This document shows positions 63,101 through 64,000 of a DNA stretch of 64,000 bases, one piece after another. Each line of letters starts with the position of its first letter. The first letter of the stretch is position 1. The stretch spans positions 1-64,000 of the forward strand of contig CM102289.1 in NCBI GenBank assembly GCA_046563655.1. Reading direction: 5' to 3'. Source of the DNA: Yuukianura sp. NJ FZ-2021. Taxonomy: Eukaryota. The position numbers were made by a program, and so were the translations under genes. A model generated the notes under the pieces. It was not told the DNA's origin. It saw nothing but the letters and a program-made list of their open reading frames with translations, and made no database searches.

Positions 63101-63321
63101 GCTTTGGGATTGAGCTCTGGGATTGAGCTCTGGCATTGAGCTTAGGGATTGAGCTTTGGGATTGATCTTTGGGATTGAGCTTTGGGATTGAGGTTTGGGA
63201 TTGAGCTTTGGGATTGAGCTCTGGGATTGAGCTCTGGGATTGAGCTTAGGGATTGAGCTTTGGGATTGTGCTTTGGGATTGAGCTTAGGGATTGAGCTTT
63301 GGGATTGAGCTGATGGATTGA
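60176..63321. repeat. 13-bp satellite, right arm
   Basis: Continues the left arm in register; ends ..tgatggattgaggttagg. Confidence 0.98.
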
Positions 63322-64000
63322 GGTTAGGAATACGAAGCATTGAAGGTGAGGCGAGAATTTTAAATGTATGAAAATTTGAGAATATTAATCTTTGACCAAA
63401 AACAATATGGTTAGGTTAGTTACAAATTCAAATTAGGTTACAAATTCAAAATCAACAAAGTGCCAATCGTTTTTAGTTGAACTAGTTCAACTAAATTTGT
63501 GCGCGTTGTCCCAGGTAACGCCATGGTTGACATAAACCGGGGGACGCAAATGTTCCGAGACATTTGATAAATAATTTGTCTTAATTTACATTAATTAAAA
63601 ATACATTTATTTTAGTCATTTATTTATTATATTTGACGAGAATCCCATGTGATTGAACTTGAAGAGCTCATCATGAAAGCAGAGAATATTGCAGAAGATT
63701 GTACTCGGATCACACAAGAGCGCATCGTTTTTTTAGGTTTTAGGTTTAGGTTTAGGTTAGTAGTTTTTTTATTCCGAACCTGAATCTGGTTCGGAATCGA
63801 ATTCCGAATAGTTTCCCTCGTTTTTCTATTCTCGTTTTTCTATTTGTATAAACATACCTTTCAGTGTAAGTTATTCCTTAAACAAAACTAATACGATTTT
63901 AGGCCTAATGGCGTGGTTCGCTTTTTTTTTGTTCTATTTGTTTATTACCAAATAATTCATGGCTAAATTGCTTAAAAATTAGCTTTCGGGATTCGAGCTC

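Noticed and set aside
62999..63340. 113-aa repetitive ORF (NPKAQSQSSIPKL)n
   Set aside because: Simply a translation of the 13-bp satellite.
63400..63765. True chromosome end at ggttaggttag / ttaggtttaggtttagg tracts
   Set aside because: The tracts are short and degenerate and are followed by complex sequence; there is no terminal array in the window.

Overview
Eukaryotic heterochromatin-like window, probably arthropod (inferred from short, mostly 60-95 bp GT-AG introns and TTAGG tracts). About two thirds of it is four satellites, all T/G-rich on the + strand: 48 bp (6.8-9.3 kb), 22 bp (15.0-31.3 kb), 38 bp (32.2-48.45 kb) and 13 bp (50.6-63.3 kb). The non-satellite parts are a mosaic of intron-containing, damaged host-gene fragments. 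Three diverged copies of CTDNEP1/Dullard are fused to pieces of HYOU1/GRP170, an RRM protein gene and SYNCRIP/hnRNP R. There are also several MITEs and a 180-bp TG..CA solo-LTR-like element carrying a tRNA-like Pol III cassette. The only long intact ORF belongs to a 5'-truncated LOA/Lian-like non-LTR retrotransposon (APE-RT-RNase H-CCHC) inserted in the 13-bp satellite with a 12-bp TSD. The most notable patterns are short TTAGG tracts at the abrupt junctions that start the three large arrays, the Dullard-scaffold gene-fragment mosaic (HYOU1 inserted inside a Dullard exon between CTGGA direct repeats), and the tRNA-bearing LTR. All identifications come from reading motifs by eye; no database searches were run.
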